A stretch of 64,000 bases of DNA from Deltaproteobacteria bacterium (GCA_052390235.1 JBQTHB010000007.1:64001-128000); one strand, 5' to 3'; shown: positions 39,528 to 50,563, numbered from the stretch's first letter. Program-made: numbers and translations. Notes: a model not told the origin generated them from the letters alone.

Positions 39528-41219
39528 ATGCAAAAATTCACACGCCCTGCCCGAAAAATCCCGACCGTAAGAGCGAGACTCGATATTGCCACAATCTCCG
39601 AGATGGTCGAGAGAAACGGTGAGATTTACGCAGACAACCCCGCCTACCTCACCCCTAGGGGCGGCGAAATCCGCTCGTTCAGCTACGCGGCGGTGCTTAG
39701 CTCTGTTGCGCGACTCGCCCGGCATCTGAACGAGTTGGGGATTGGCGGGGGAGACCACGTTGCCATCCTCGGCGAGAACCGCCCTGAGTGGGGAATCTCC
39801 TACTTCTCCACGCTGTGGATTGGCGCAGTAGCCGTCCCTTTAGACGCCAAAACCTCCCTCGAAGCATATAAATTCATCCTCCAATTCGCCTCGGTGAAGG
39901 CAATTATCCTCTCCGGGGCGTATCTTGCGGATATTCAGTCCGTGGCGGCTGATCTTCCCGAGCTAAAGCATATTATTCTAATGGATGAAATTGACTCAAT
40001 TGCGGGGCGTTATTCGACTGGCGCGCCTAGGGAGAGGGTTTCCCCATCCGACCTTGCCGAGATACTTTTTACCTCCGGCACGACCGGCGACCCTAAGGGA
40101 GTGATGCTCACGCACGGCAATATAATGTCGAATGTAGGCGATATTTATCAGCTCATCGCATTCACCCCTGATGATAAAATGTTCTCTGTGCTTCCCATTC
40201 ACCACTGCTACGAATGCACTGGCGGGCTAGTAACTCCGTTCTACAATGGGATGAGCGTTTTTTACGCCCGAAGCCTAAAACCCTCAGAAATGATGGAAGA
40301 TTTGCGCGCCGCAAGCCCCACAATTTGGCTCAACGCCCCGCTTATTTTAGAGAAGATGTACGTGAGAATAACCAAAGAGCTCGCCAATCAGAAGGGGATA
40401 GCCGGACTTTTAGCCGGCGCGATGCCTAGGAAATTCATAGGCGGCAAGGTAAAAGAGAGGCTCGGTCTTGAGCGCGTAAGGCACATCGTTACCGGAGGGG
40501 CGGCTATCCCGGCGTGGGTGTCGGGCGGACTCTCGGAGCTTGGATTTCCGATATTGCAAGGCTACGGGCTTTCGGAAGCCTCCCCGCTCATCACGGTAAA
40601 TCCGCCTCTCGCCCCAAGGAATGAGAGCGCGGGAATGGTGATTCCAAGCGATGAGGCGCAGATTCAAGACACGGACGGCGAGGGCAACGGCGAAATCCTC
40701 GCTCAAGGGGCGAATATTATGCGCGGCTATTACAAGAACCAAAGCGCGACGGCAGAGGCGCTAACCCCTGAGGGGTGGCTTCGCACGGGTGATATAGGCT
40801 ATTTTGACGCCGATGGGTATCTGTACATAACGGGCAGAAAAAAATTCGTTATCGTAACCCCCGGCGGGAAAAACGTATTCCCCGAAGAGGTCGAAGAGAG
40901 ACTCACAAAATCCCAATACATAGAAGAGGCGCTCGTGTTCAGCCCGGATGACGAGGACATTCAGGCGATAATTTATCCAAACCTCGAAGAGGTCAAAAAT
41001 AAGCTCGCGGCGGGCGGTGCCGAATTTCGAGACGAGACCGTTTGGGAGCTTATAAAATTGGAAGTGCGCGCGGCTAACGAATCCCTCGAAATCTATAAAA
41101 AGGTGAGGCATTTCGCCGTCAAATACGAAGAATTCCCCAAAACCACTACGCGCAAAATTAAGAGGCATCTATTCAGGGGAGTTGCCCTTAAAAGCGGGGA
41201 AAAAGTGTTCCGAGGGTAG
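39528..41219 (+). CDS. Long-chain fatty acid-CoA ligase (AMP-binding)
   Basis: FTSGTTGDPKGVML, QGYGLSE, WLRTGDIG, GRKK, PKTTTRKIKR. Confidence 0.9.
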   Translation: MQKFTRPARKIPTVRARLDIATISEMVERNGEIYADNPAYLTPRGGEIRSFSYAAVLSSVARLARHLNELGIGGGDHVAILGENRPEWGISYFSTLWIGAVAVPLDAKTSLEAYKFILQFASVKAIILSGAYLADIQSVAADLPELKHIILMDEIDSIAGRYSTGAPRERVSPSDLAEILFTSGTTGDPKGVMLTHGNIMSNVGDIYQLIAFTPDDKMFSVLPIHHCYECTGGLVTPFYNGMSVFYARSLKPSEMMEDLRAASPTIWLNAPLILEKMYVRITKELANQKGIAGLLAGAMPRKFIGGKVKERLGLERVRHIVTGGAAIPAWVSGGLSELGFPILQGYGLSEASPLITVNPPLAPRNESAGMVIPSDEAQIQDTDGEGNGEILAQGANIMRGYYKNQSATAEALTPEGWLRTGDIGYFDADGYLYITGRKKFVIVTPGGKNVFPEEVEERLTKSQYIEEALVFSPDDEDIQAIIYPNLEEVKNKLAAGGAEFRDETVWELIKLEVRAANESLEIYKKVRHFAVKYEEFPKTTTRKIKRHLFRGVALKSGEKVFRG

Positions 41220-41227
41220 AGAGATTC

Positions 41228-41692
41228 CTAGGATTCGCTCTTGCGGCAGTCATCGCAGATGCCGTTTAGAAGCACGGAATATCCAATCACGCGGTAATTG
41301 CCAAGGGTTTTATTCTTAACGTCGAGATTCATGAGCGAGTCGTCGTAGAAATCCTCGACTTTCTTGCAGTTGACACAGACCAGGTGGTGGTGAGGCTCGA
41401 GGTTTGCGTCGTAGCGCGCGGCATTGTAGAGGGTGTTCACGACGGAGATAAGCCCCAGCCTCTCGAATGTTTCGAGCGTCCTGTAAATTGTGGTAAGCGA
41501 TATATTGGGGTAGTAGCCGGTGATTTTTTTATGTACCACCTCGGCGCTCGGATGCTCGGTGGTGCCGGCGAGTTCTCTGTAGATGGCTATGCGCTGAGGG
41601 GTTACCTTGATTCCCAGGCCTTTGCATTGCTCGATAAAGCTGTGAACCCTCGTCTCAACTAAATTCTCTTCAATCTTTATATTTGTGTCCAT
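41228..41692 (-). CDS. Fur-family transcriptional regulator, PerR-like
   Basis: TPQR, HPSAE, TIYRTL, RYDAN..PHHHLVCVNC, CDDC. Confidence 0.9.
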   Translation of the reverse strand: MDTNIKIEENLVETRVHSFIEQCKGLGIKVTPQRIAIYRELAGTTEHPSAEVVHKKITGYYPNISLTTIYRTLETFERLGLISVVNTLYNAARYDANLEPHHHLVCVNCKKVEDFYDDSLMNLDVKNKTLGNYRVIGYSVLLNGICDDCRKSES

Positions 41693-41787
41693 GGCGTTAT
41701 ATTTATATGAAATTGCAAGAGTTACTCAATTACCTCCTGCCCCTCCAACCCTAAAAGTAAACTATATCTCGGGATAAGTCAAACAAA

Positions 41788-42411
41788 ATGAAACCCATTG
41801 AAATTATTATGAAAAATAAAATCGTCGCCGTCATACGCGCCGAGAGCGCGGCGCGCGCCGTTGAGCTAGCCGACTGGTGCGCCTCGGGGGGGATTAAAAT
41901 CATCGAGATAACTTTCTCATTTCCCGAGGCCGCCGCCGCTATCCGAGACCTCTCAGGGCGGGGTGATATTTTAGTAGCCGCGGGGACGGTTCTCGATGTT
42001 GCTACAGCAAAGCTCGCCGCGCGCTCAGGGGCAAAATTTATTGTCTCTCCCCACACGGACGCAGATATTATAAATTTTGCCAAGTCCGAGGGATTAGCAG
42101 TCGCATCGGGCGCACTCACCTCCAATGAAATCGTAGGGGCGTGGAAACTGGGAGCGGATTTCGTTAAGATTTTTCCGGTTAAATCCGTCGGCGGCGCGTC
42201 TTACATTAAGGCGATAAAGGAGCCGCTCCCGTTTGTGAACGTTATGACGACAGGCGGGGTTACGACCGAGAATTTTCTGGAATATATACAGCATGGAGCG
42301 TCAGTCGTGGGGATTGCTAGCTCTTTTTTCGGAGGCGGCGAGCTTAGTTCGCATCTCGTCTCAGGCCGCGCAAAACTCGCTGTGGATAAATTAGCCGCGC
42401 TCAATTTATAA
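41788..42411 (+). CDS. eda: KDPG/KHG aldolase
   Basis: VAVIR, IEIT, AGTVL, FIVSP, VKIFP, TGGV. Confidence 0.88.
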   Translation: MKPIEIIMKNKIVAVIRAESAARAVELADWCASGGIKIIEITFSFPEAAAAIRDLSGRGDILVAAGTVLDVATAKLAARSGAKFIVSPHTDADIINFAKSEGLAVASGALTSNEIVGAWKLGADFVKIFPVKSVGGASYIKAIKEPLPFVNVMTTGGVTTENFLEYIQHGASVVGIASSFFGGGELSSHLVSGRAKLAVDKLAALNL

Positions 42412-42451
42412 CACAGACTACTGTCCCCAGCACACATTCTAGGAGGTCTAT

Positions 42452-43915
42452 ATGAAAGCCCTTTTTATCTCTCCCGAAATGGAGCCTCTTGCCAAGGTAG
42501 GAGGGCTTGGCGATGTAGTCGGAGCGCTTCCCGGGAATCTCAGTAATCGCGGCTGCGATGCGCGAGTGGTTCTCCCGCTCTACAGGCAGGTCAAAGAGGT
42601 CTTAAAAAAACTGCGGCTCGCATCCAAGCCCGTAGCAGATGTAGCCGTTTCTATTGACTCGCTCGTCGTCCGGGGGAGGGTAAACGAGGTCAATTTGGAC
42701 GGTGTAGCGGTATATCTGCTTGAAAACGATGCCCTTTTCGACCGCGACGATATTTATTCCTCGCCGCAGGGGGATTATGCGGATAACGATTTGAGGTTCG
42801 GATTCCTCTCCCTAGGCGCGCTGGAGATTGCAAAAACGCTCGATTTCAAGCCCGATATCATTCACTGCCACGACTGGCAGACGGCGCTTGCGCCAATCTC
42901 GCTGCGGCGCAGAAAACATCTCAGGGACGATTCCTACTTTAGGGATACAAAAATCGTATTCACGATACATAATCTCGCCTACCAGGGGCATTTCGGCAGA
43001 GAAATTCTGGATAAATTCTCTATTGACCAAAGCTCCTTCACCCCGGAAGAGCTTGAATTCTATGGAAAAGTGAACCTCCTCAAAGGCGGAATCCTATACT
43101 CCGACGCCGTAACCGCCGTGAGTCCCACTTACGCCGAAGAGATAAAAACCCCCGAAGGCGGCTGTGGACTCGACGGAGCGCTGAGGGGTTTTTCCTCCGC
43201 TCATCCCGGTAAATTGGTCGGTATATTAAACGGCATTGACTGCGAATCTTGGAATCCAGAGACCGACAAATCGCTGTGGAATAACTACGGGGCGTCGAAT
43301 ATTTCTCTTAAAAACCAAAATAAAGTGCGCTTCCAAGGGGATCAGGGACTCAAAATTGACCCTCTACGCCCCCTAGCGGCAGTTGTGTCGAGGCTCGTCG
43401 AGCAGAAGGGGATTGACCTCATAATTGACGCTCTGCCGGAAATTTTCGCTCTTGGCTGCCAGGTCGTGGTTCTCGGCTCAGGCGAAGAACGGTTCGAGCG
43501 TGCCCTTGAAGATGCAAGCGGCTTTTACAAGGGAAATTTCGTCCGCATTTCGGGATTTAGCGACGAGATGGCGAGGCGCGTTTACGCCGCATCCGATATT
43601 TTTCTCATGCCCTCGAGATTTGAGCCGTGCGGTCTTGGGCAGATGATAGCGCTCAGGTACGGGAGCGTTCCTGTGGTTAGGCATACGGGCGGTCTTAGGG
43701 ATACGATACGGGATTACACCGAAAACACTCGGACGGGCAATGGTTTTGTTTTTCGCGAGTTCTCGAAGTCGGATTTTCTAAGTGCGCTGTCGAGGGCTCT
43801 GCGCGTGTTTGGAAAACCGCGGGAGTGGCGGAGGCTTGCGGAGAGCGGGATGAGAGAGGATTTCTCATGGGAGGCATCCTCTAGGAGTTACATTGGACTC
43901 TATCAGAGGGTGTAA
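42452..43915 (+). CDS. glgA: Glycogen synthase
   Basis: AKVGGLGDV, HCHDWQT, TIHNLAYQG, MPSRFEPCGLGQ, TGGLRDT. Confidence 0.95.
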   Translation: MKALFISPEMEPLAKVGGLGDVVGALPGNLSNRGCDARVVLPLYRQVKEVLKKLRLASKPVADVAVSIDSLVVRGRVNEVNLDGVAVYLLENDALFDRDDIYSSPQGDYADNDLRFGFLSLGALEIAKTLDFKPDIIHCHDWQTALAPISLRRRKHLRDDSYFRDTKIVFTIHNLAYQGHFGREILDKFSIDQSSFTPEELEFYGKVNLLKGGILYSDAVTAVSPTYAEEIKTPEGGCGLDGALRGFSSAHPGKLVGILNGIDCESWNPETDKSLWNNYGASNISLKNQNKVRFQGDQGLKIDPLRPLAAVVSRLVEQKGIDLIIDALPEIFALGCQVVVLGSGEERFERALEDASGFYKGNFVRISGFSDEMARRVYAASDIFLMPSRFEPCGLGQMIALRYGSVPVVRHTGGLRDTIRDYTENTRTGNGFVFREFSKSDFLSALSRALRVFGKPREWRRLAESGMREDFSWEASSRSYIGLYQRV

Positions 43916-43955
43916 TGTGCGAAGAGGGACAATTTCATAGCCCGCATGGAAAAAT

Positions 43956-44477
43956 CTAGTAGCCTGATGCGTAGTTGACTCTCATATATCTGACGACTTC
44001 ATCCACGAGCCTCAAATGAACTACGGGAAGCCCCCCGCTGATGGCTCCGGCTTTGGAGCTTGCCTCGAACGTAGCCTCTGCCACGAGCTTGTTCTCGGCT
44101 TTGTCGAAGAACCTCACATGAAGAGCGATGGTCGTCGTTCGCACTGCCTGCTCGTACCACTTGGCGGGGGTAAAATTCACAATTGTCCCCTGCATGACCA
44201 AGACGTTTTGGCTTAGATTCACCGGCGAGCGGCTCACACCGGTAAAGAGTTTCTCGCGCGTGAGTTTATTGGAGATTTCGTTGGGGAGCCTCCAAAGGGT
44301 ATCGGGGGGAACGTATCCTAGGGCGGTTTTAAAGTCCCCGATTTCGATGATTATATATTTGCCGAGACCACCCGTAGGCGCAGTTGTTTGAAATGTTCTC
44401 TGGCTTGCGCAGGAGGATGCGGCAACGAGCGCCACGAGCAATATAAACGAGCAACATATCTGATATGACGACTTCAT
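43956..44477 (-). CDS. Hypothetical lipoprotein
   Basis: Signal peptide ending ASSC; SD AGGAGG. Confidence 0.6.
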   Translation of the reverse strand: MKSSYQICCSFILLVALVAASSCASQRTFQTTAPTGGLGKYIIIEIGDFKTALGYVPPDTLWRLPNEISNKLTREKLFTGVSRSPVNLSQNVLVMQGTIVNFTPAKWYEQAVRTTTIALHVRFFDKAENKLVAEATFEASSKAGAISGGLPVVHLRLVDEVVRYMRVNYASGY

Positions 44478-44612
44478 AATTGTATCTGCCTCCTGTCGGG
44501 AAAACTGTTTAGCGACAATAGAGCTAATTAGATAAAAAACCTATCTGCCACAAATTCCGTAGTATTATTATTATTTGCGTTCCATTTTTAACAAAATGGT
44601 TAAAATCAGCGT

Positions 44613-45692
44613 TTATAAATACCGGATGACGTTATAGAACGTGTCCCTCTGAGCGGCTTTAAACCCCGCGCTCTGAATCATCTGCACCAGTTCGTCAATC
44701 GAGGCTCGGAGTTTATTCTCGGCGCACCCAAGCACGTTTTCATCGTAGAGTGTGCCGCCGAGGTCATTTGCGCCGAAGTGCAGAGAGATTGTCCCCATTT
44801 TCTTTCCCTGTGTGAACCACGAACCCTGCACATGGGTAAAATTGTCGAGGTAAATTCTGGACAGGGCAAGGACGCGCAGGTATCTATCTCCGCCGATTTC
44901 ATTAGGCATTTTCCGCTCAAGAAACGTGTTTTTCGGCTTAAACGTCCACGGGATGAACGCTAAAAACCCCCCGAATTCATCCTGCAGGCATCTTAATCTC
45001 TCGAGATGCTCGATAATGTCCTCGTCCTGTTCGGCATGACCAAACATCATCGTAGCCGTGGATTTGAAACCCATCTCATGGGCTTCGCGGGTTACTTTCA
45101 TCCACTCGTCGGCGTCAATTTTAAGCGGGCTTATTTTGGTTCTGACCCTGTTGCTCAGTACCTCAGCCCCGCCGCCGGGGATGGTTCTAAGCCCCGCGTC
45201 CCAAAACATCCGAAGCGCCTCTCTGGTGGATATGCAGGAGTATTTGGCGATGGCGCTGATTTCAGGGGCGGAGAAGGCGTGCAGGTGCAGAGCCGGAATC
45301 TCCTCCCGCGCGCGCTTTACAATCTCAACGTAGTAGTCGAGCGCAATTGCCGGGTTATGCCCGCCCTGGAGGAGAACCGTAGTCGCCCCGTTATGGTAGG
45401 ACGCTTTCATCATCTCAATCAATTTATCAACGCTGAGCGTGTAGGCGTCCGAGGCTCCTTCTGGCCTCCAAAATGCGCAGAAAAGGCACTCGGTGTCGCA
45501 TACATTCGTGTAATTGGGGTTGGTATCCGCGACGAAGGTTACGACTCCTTCGGGGTTGAGTTCGGACTTGCGAATATCTGCCAACGCGCCGAGCCTGAGC
45601 AAATCCCCGTGTTTGAGCAGTGAAAGTCCCTCTTCAGGCGCGAGCCTCCGGGCGCTGAGCACTTTATCGTATAGATATTCAACCGTTGACAT
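44613..45692 (-). CDS. mqnC: Cyclic dehypoxanthinyl futalosine synthase (radical SAM)
   Basis: NYTNVCDTECLFCAF, LLQGGHNP, IPGGGAE, TATMMFGH, FIPWTF, GANDLG. Confidence 0.85.
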   Translation of the reverse strand: MSTVEYLYDKVLSARRLAPEEGLSLLKHGDLLRLGALADIRKSELNPEGVVTFVADTNPNYTNVCDTECLFCAFWRPEGASDAYTLSVDKLIEMMKASYHNGATTVLLQGGHNPAIALDYYVEIVKRAREEIPALHLHAFSAPEISAIAKYSCISTREALRMFWDAGLRTIPGGGAEVLSNRVRTKISPLKIDADEWMKVTREAHEMGFKSTATMMFGHAEQDEDIIEHLERLRCLQDEFGGFLAFIPWTFKPKNTFLERKMPNEIGGDRYLRVLALSRIYLDNFTHVQGSWFTQGKKMGTISLHFGANDLGGTLYDENVLGCAENKLRASIDELVQMIQSAGFKAAQRDTFYNVIRYL

Positions 45693-45739
45693 GACTATTT
45701 ATTCAACCTCATCCGGGAATTAGTGTCAATTTCAGCCGT

Positions 45740-46330
45740 CTATTTGGGAAACTTTCCCTCGAACGCAATGTCGGAGAGATTTTTTCTGCCTGATGGCAAT
45801 TCCCTTTCCCTGAGCCTCTCGGGCAGGTCTCCGATTTTCCCTCGCCTTCCAACCGCCGCCATAGCCTGAATCTCGTATCCGTCGGGAACGTCTAGCGCGC
45901 CCCTCGCCCTGTCGTAATCAAATCCCTCCATACCGTGTACGACGAGACCCGCTAGCGAGCCTTGGAGGGCGAAGCTCATCCACGCCGCCCCTGCGTCGAA
46001 GGCGTGGGTTCTCGATGGCTTTCCGTTGTGGTCAAACGTTTTTTTAGCTACGATGGCGACGAGGGCGGCGGCGTTTTTCACCCACGCTTTATTGGCATCG
46101 GCTAGGAGGTCAAAAAATAAGTCCCAGCTTGCCGTATCTCTCAGGGCGTAGAGAAACCTCCATGGCTGATTATTAAACGCTGAGGGAGACCACCTTGCCG
46201 CCTCGACGAGCGACATTAGCTCATTGGCTGAGATGCTCTCTCCCGACATTGCGCGCTCGGACCATCTGGCGGGGAAGATTTCCGACACTTCGTATTCAGG
46301 GTTTCTATGTTTGTTGTTAATCTGTGTCAT
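45740..46330 (-). CDS. Nitroreductase family protein
   Basis: RWS.RA, AARWSPSAFNNQPWRF, FDAGAAW, HGMEGFD. Confidence 0.9.
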   Translation of the reverse strand: MTQINNKHRNPEYEVSEIFPARWSERAMSGESISANELMSLVEAARWSPSAFNNQPWRFLYALRDTASWDLFFDLLADANKAWVKNAAALVAIVAKKTFDHNGKPSRTHAFDAGAAWMSFALQGSLAGLVVHGMEGFDYDRARGALDVPDGYEIQAMAAVGRRGKIGDLPERLRERELPSGRKNLSDIAFEGKFPK

Positions 46331-46467
46331 ATTGCTGGGTAATTATAATGGGTTTTGGGGGGATTTTGTCAATAATTTTGTATTCGGGGGAAATTATTGA
46401 GCTAAGGCGGATTGGGCGTTGGAATTGCGCTTGAAGTCAGGTTAAAGGAGTGTAGATTATTCACCTG

Positions 46468-47907
46468 ATGCGCAGTCTATGTTGGATGCTCCCTATGATT
46501 GCCGCTATTGCCATCTCCGGCGATATTGCTAAAACATCCCATGCCGAGGCTTGGGAGTGGGAGGCGCGCCAGTGGCTCGGGATATATTCAGGCGACGATA
46601 AAATTGGATATTCGCAAATCACATACACCGAAAGCAAGGGGGGGAGGGCGCAAATCGAGGAGCGCACTAAGATAAAAATGACCGTGCTGGGGACTGAGCA
46701 AGAGGTAGTGGTTGAATCCTCCTATCAGCTCGATGCGTTCCTGCTCCGCTCGTTCCAGTTCTCGATGCAGGCAAACTCGGTAAAAATCAAGGCTAAGGGC
46801 AGAAGAGAGGGTGATATAATCGCCGCAACCGTCTTATCAGTGTCAGGGCAAAGGGAGATTTCTATTCCAAGCCCGACTCGCTCCATTGCCTCGCCTGCCG
46901 TTTATAGGTGGCTAAGTCGCCAAACCCCCGCCGCAGGAAAATCCTACAGAGTATCGCTATTCGACCCAAGCGCCGCTCTTACGGGGGCTAATCTCGCAGG
47001 GGCCGAAGCCACCCTAGACGTGTCGGGAGAAGAAGAGATTACAATCCCCGCGGGTACGTTTAAAACCTTCAAAGTGCGCATGACCTCTTCGGCCGGGGAG
47101 ATTTTAACTTGGATTACGGACGACGGGAAAATCGTCAAGCAGACCTCGCCGCCGGGAATTACCGCCATCGCAGAAACCGAGCAAAAAGCCCTGGGGGATA
47201 AGCTGTCGAGCCTCGATATTATCCAAAAAACGGCTATATCCGTGGATGCGCCGCTTAGTAATTCACGGAAATTGAGGTTTCTCAGAGTCAAAGTGTCGGG
47301 ACTCGGCTCGGCTCAAGGGTTAAATCTCAGCGATGGCTACAGGCAGCGCTACGAGGACGGGGTTATCGAGGTGCGGGTACAGGGCGTTAACAAATTAAAT
47401 TCCTACTCGATTCCCTATTCGGGAGGGGATTTGAGCCACTACCTCAGGGCTTCGGATTTGATTCAAAGCGGCGCTGAGGAGATAATAGGGGCGGCGGCGA
47501 AAATTCTGCGCGCCGAGCGAGACTCCCTAAAAGCGGCGCGGCGCATTAACAGATGGGTGTATAAGAATTTGAGGAAAACCCCCACGGTGAGCTTTCCCAA
47601 CGCCCTCGACGTCCTCAAAACCCGCGCCGGCGACTGCACCGAACACGCAACCCTCTACGCCGCGCTTGCAAGAGCGGCAGGCGTGCCTGTGAAAATCGCG
47701 CTTGGGGTTGTATTTCTCGATGGGAAATTCTATTATCATGCGTGGAACGAGGTTTTTGTGGGCGAATGGGTAGCCGCCGATCCAACGCTGGGGCAGTTTC
47801 CCGCCGACGCATCGCATATAAAATTCTTAGAAGGGGATTTTGGCAACGCCTCAGAGCTGTCTAGATTTATAGGAAACATTGAGTTTGAAATCAAAGAAGC
47901 GCGCTAA
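46468..47907 (+). CDS. Exported transglutaminase-like protein
   Basis: Signal peptide; GDCTEHA, YHAWNEV, ADPT (Cys-His-Asp triad). Confidence 0.85.
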   Translation: MRSLCWMLPMIAAIAISGDIAKTSHAEAWEWEARQWLGIYSGDDKIGYSQITYTESKGGRAQIEERTKIKMTVLGTEQEVVVESSYQLDAFLLRSFQFSMQANSVKIKAKGRREGDIIAATVLSVSGQREISIPSPTRSIASPAVYRWLSRQTPAAGKSYRVSLFDPSAALTGANLAGAEATLDVSGEEEITIPAGTFKTFKVRMTSSAGEILTWITDDGKIVKQTSPPGITAIAETEQKALGDKLSSLDIIQKTAISVDAPLSNSRKLRFLRVKVSGLGSAQGLNLSDGYRQRYEDGVIEVRVQGVNKLNSYSIPYSGGDLSHYLRASDLIQSGAEEIIGAAAKILRAERDSLKAARRINRWVYKNLRKTPTVSFPNALDVLKTRAGDCTEHATLYAALARAAGVPVKIALGVVFLDGKFYYHAWNEVFVGEWVAADPTLGQFPADASHIKFLEGDFGNASELSRFIGNIEFEIKEAR

Positions 47908-47920
47908 AAGTGAGAAAATA

Positions 47921-49699
47921 ATGAGACCCTCTTCGATACTCCTTGCGGTTTCCCTTTGTTTGATATTATCCTGCGCCGCGAATACTGCCCCCCAGACCAA
48001 CTCAGCGGGTGAATCCCCGCAGACTCTCCAAGCCCCAGCTAACGACGAACCCGAAGTGAGCAAGTACGATGCCTACTACTACTTCACGCTGTCGAGAATC
48101 AATTTTCTGAGGGGGAATTTTAAGGATTCCATCGCATATCTTGAGACCGCCGAGGGGTACGACCCGACATCCGCGTTTCTTAAGTACAATCTCGCCGTTC
48201 TGTACATAAGCGTAAACCGCTTTAAAGAAGCCCTGAAAAAGCTCGAAGACTCCGCCTTTATAAACCCGAATTTCGCGCCCACTCAAGCGTTTCTCGGCAA
48301 GATTTATTCCTCTTCTAAGGACGCTGCGGAAAAGGAAAGGGGGGTCGAGGCGCTTAAAAAAGCCATTGCGCTCAATCCAAACGACGCTGAATCCCACCTT
48401 TTCCTCGGAATTATCCGCTTGGAGTCGAAGGACTATGATCAGGCTCAAAGGGAATTCGAGCTGTTCAGAGAGATAATCCCAGAAGACGAGCGGGGGTATT
48501 ATTTCCTCGGCAGGCTGTATTTTGAGAAATCCGAGCTTGCCAAGTCCGAGGCGTTCTACAAAAGGGCGATTACAATCAACCCAAGCTACGTTTCGGCGAT
48601 AATTGACCTAGCGCTGGTCTATGAGAAGCAGGGCAGGCTTGAAGAGGCCGAGAGGATTTATCGGGATTTATTGGCGCTCTTTCCCCTGAGCTTCGAGGTG
48701 TACGTGCGCTACGGGAATTTTCTATTCCGCGTGAACCGCCTTGCTGACGCCGCCACGCAGTTTAAAAAAGCTGAGGAGCTGGATTATGAAAACACCGACC
48801 TCAAGCTCAGGCTCGGTCTCGTCTATATTGAAAGAAAGCAGTTCGATAAAGCCATCGAGCAGTTCAGCCTCATTCTCCTTGGAAATCCCAATGAAGAGCG
48901 AGCAAAGTACTACCTCGCGCTGTCGTATATTGAAACTGACAGATACGACGACGCCCTCACTCTAATTGATACAATTTCCCCGCTGTCCCCATTTTACAAC
49001 GATTCCCTTCTCCAGAAGGCGTATTTGTTCGAGAAGAAAGGGGAGTCCGACAAGGCGCTTAAAATTGTCGAAGAGACCCTCGCGCGCAGCCCCAACAACG
49101 AGGTCATCTTAAACTACCTCGGCGCGCTTTACCGCAAACTCAATAGAAACTCAGATGCCGTAGCCGCCTATGAAAATTTTCTGGTAAATAACCCCAGAAG
49201 CGAAATTATCAACTACGCCCTAGGTGTTACGCACTTTGTTATGAAGCAGAACGAGAGGTCAATTGCCGCCATGAAACGCGTCATTGAGATTAATCCCGAC
49301 AACCACGACGCCCTTAATTTCATAGGCTACGACTACGCCGAGCGCGGAGTAAACCTAGACGAAGCCGAGTGTCTCGTTACGCGGGCTATGGAACTGTCCC
49401 CCAACAAAGGATACATTACCGATAGCCTCGGATGGGTTTACTATAAAAAAGGGGAATACGATAGAGCCATTGAGCTGTTGAGTAGAGCGGCCGAACTTAC
49501 GCCCGACGACCCCACGATAATGGAGCATCTCGCGGACGCCTACAGCGCCAAGGGGGATATACCCAAAGCCCTGGGCTACTACAAAAAGAGCCTCGAATTC
49601 AATGTTGACGACGACGACGAGGCAAAAGAGCTTAAAATTAGGGTTGAAACCAAAATAAAGTCCATTAAACTGAGACCCGATGTCAAAAGCAAAAACTAG
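47921..49699 (+). CDS. TPR-repeat lipoprotein
   Basis: ILSC lipobox; many TPRs; ALNFIGY, DSLGWVYY, EHLADAY. Confidence 0.88.
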   Translation: MRPSSILLAVSLCLILSCAANTAPQTNSAGESPQTLQAPANDEPEVSKYDAYYYFTLSRINFLRGNFKDSIAYLETAEGYDPTSAFLKYNLAVLYISVNRFKEALKKLEDSAFINPNFAPTQAFLGKIYSSSKDAAEKERGVEALKKAIALNPNDAESHLFLGIIRLESKDYDQAQREFELFREIIPEDERGYYFLGRLYFEKSELAKSEAFYKRAITINPSYVSAIIDLALVYEKQGRLEEAERIYRDLLALFPLSFEVYVRYGNFLFRVNRLADAATQFKKAEELDYENTDLKLRLGLVYIERKQFDKAIEQFSLILLGNPNEERAKYYLALSYIETDRYDDALTLIDTISPLSPFYNDSLLQKAYLFEKKGESDKALKIVEETLARSPNNEVILNYLGALYRKLNRNSDAVAAYENFLVNNPRSEIINYALGVTHFVMKQNERSIAAMKRVIEINPDNHDALNFIGYDYAERGVNLDEAECLVTRAMELSPNKGYITDSLGWVYYKKGEYDRAIELLSRAAELTPDDPTIMEHLADAYSAKGDIPKALGYYKKSLEFNVDDDDEAKELKIRVETKIKSIKLRPDVKSKN

Positions 49700-50504
49700 A
49701 GCCGTATTTTGCCTCTCACTACTTATTGTTGGCGTTTTTATTTTCGCCTGCGCCAAGAAGCCGCCCGAAGCGGACATCGCAGCGGGCGTTGACCCAAGGG
49801 TTTTATTGGGGGACATCAGGCGGTCTCAGGAGGGCGTTAAATCCGTAAAGGCAGTGGCGTCGGTAACTATAATTTATCCCGACATGAAGCTCTCGTTCAG
49901 CCAAGTTACCGTAGCCCAGGAGCCTAATCTCGTCTATCTCCAAGCCCTCGCGCCATTTGGCAAAAGTGCTTTGACCCTGATTTCGGACGGCAGAAAAATT
50001 CATCTCATCTCCCCTAAAGAGAGGCGGACATTTGATAGCTCCGATGAATTTGACCTGTCCTCGGTGTATCCGGGATTGCGGGCGAAACTCTCGGTCGGGA
50101 ATCTGGTTAATCTGCTCCTAGGGCGCGCTCCATCGGAGGTTGATTGGGACACATCTGAGGTTAAATTGTCTGCGGATTCCAATCGCTTAATTCTAAGCGT
50201 TAGCGGCGGAGCGGGAGGGGGGCAGACCGTATTTTGGGTTGACCCTGCCACGGGGAGAGTGGAGAGAGCTAAAATAATTCCCGCCGACGGAAGCGCCGAG
50301 ATGGTGGCAGAATTTAAGGATTTCATAGCAACTTCGGCGGCGCCTCCGGGCAATTTCCCGACAAAAATGGAGCTTACATCAGGGGATTTTTTTATTTCCC
50401 TCTCGTATCCCGCTGACGTTCAGCTCAACGCGCAGATTGACAGAAAGCTCTATGAACCGCCGCCATCAAAAAAGGGCAGAGCTAAAAAGAAGAGGGTATC
50501 TTAG
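49680..50504 (+). CDS. LolB-like/DUF4292-like lipoprotein
   Basis: IFAC lipobox, ALAPFG, ISDG; follows the TPR gene as lolB commonly does. Confidence 0.6.
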   Translation: MSKAKTRAVFCLSLLIVGVFIFACAKKPPEADIAAGVDPRVLLGDIRRSQEGVKSVKAVASVTIIYPDMKLSFSQVTVAQEPNLVYLQALAPFGKSALTLISDGRKIHLISPKERRTFDSSDEFDLSSVYPGLRAKLSVGNLVNLLLGRAPSEVDWDTSEVKLSADSNRLILSVSGGAGGGQTVFWVDPATGRVERAKIIPADGSAEMVAEFKDFIATSAAPPGNFPTKMELTSGDFFISLSYPADVQLNAQIDRKLYEPPPSKKGRAKKKRVS

Positions 50505-50563
50505 CTCAAAAAAATGTGGGGGGTCAGGAGCGGCGATGCCTAGCCGTTCCTAACTATTGACGA

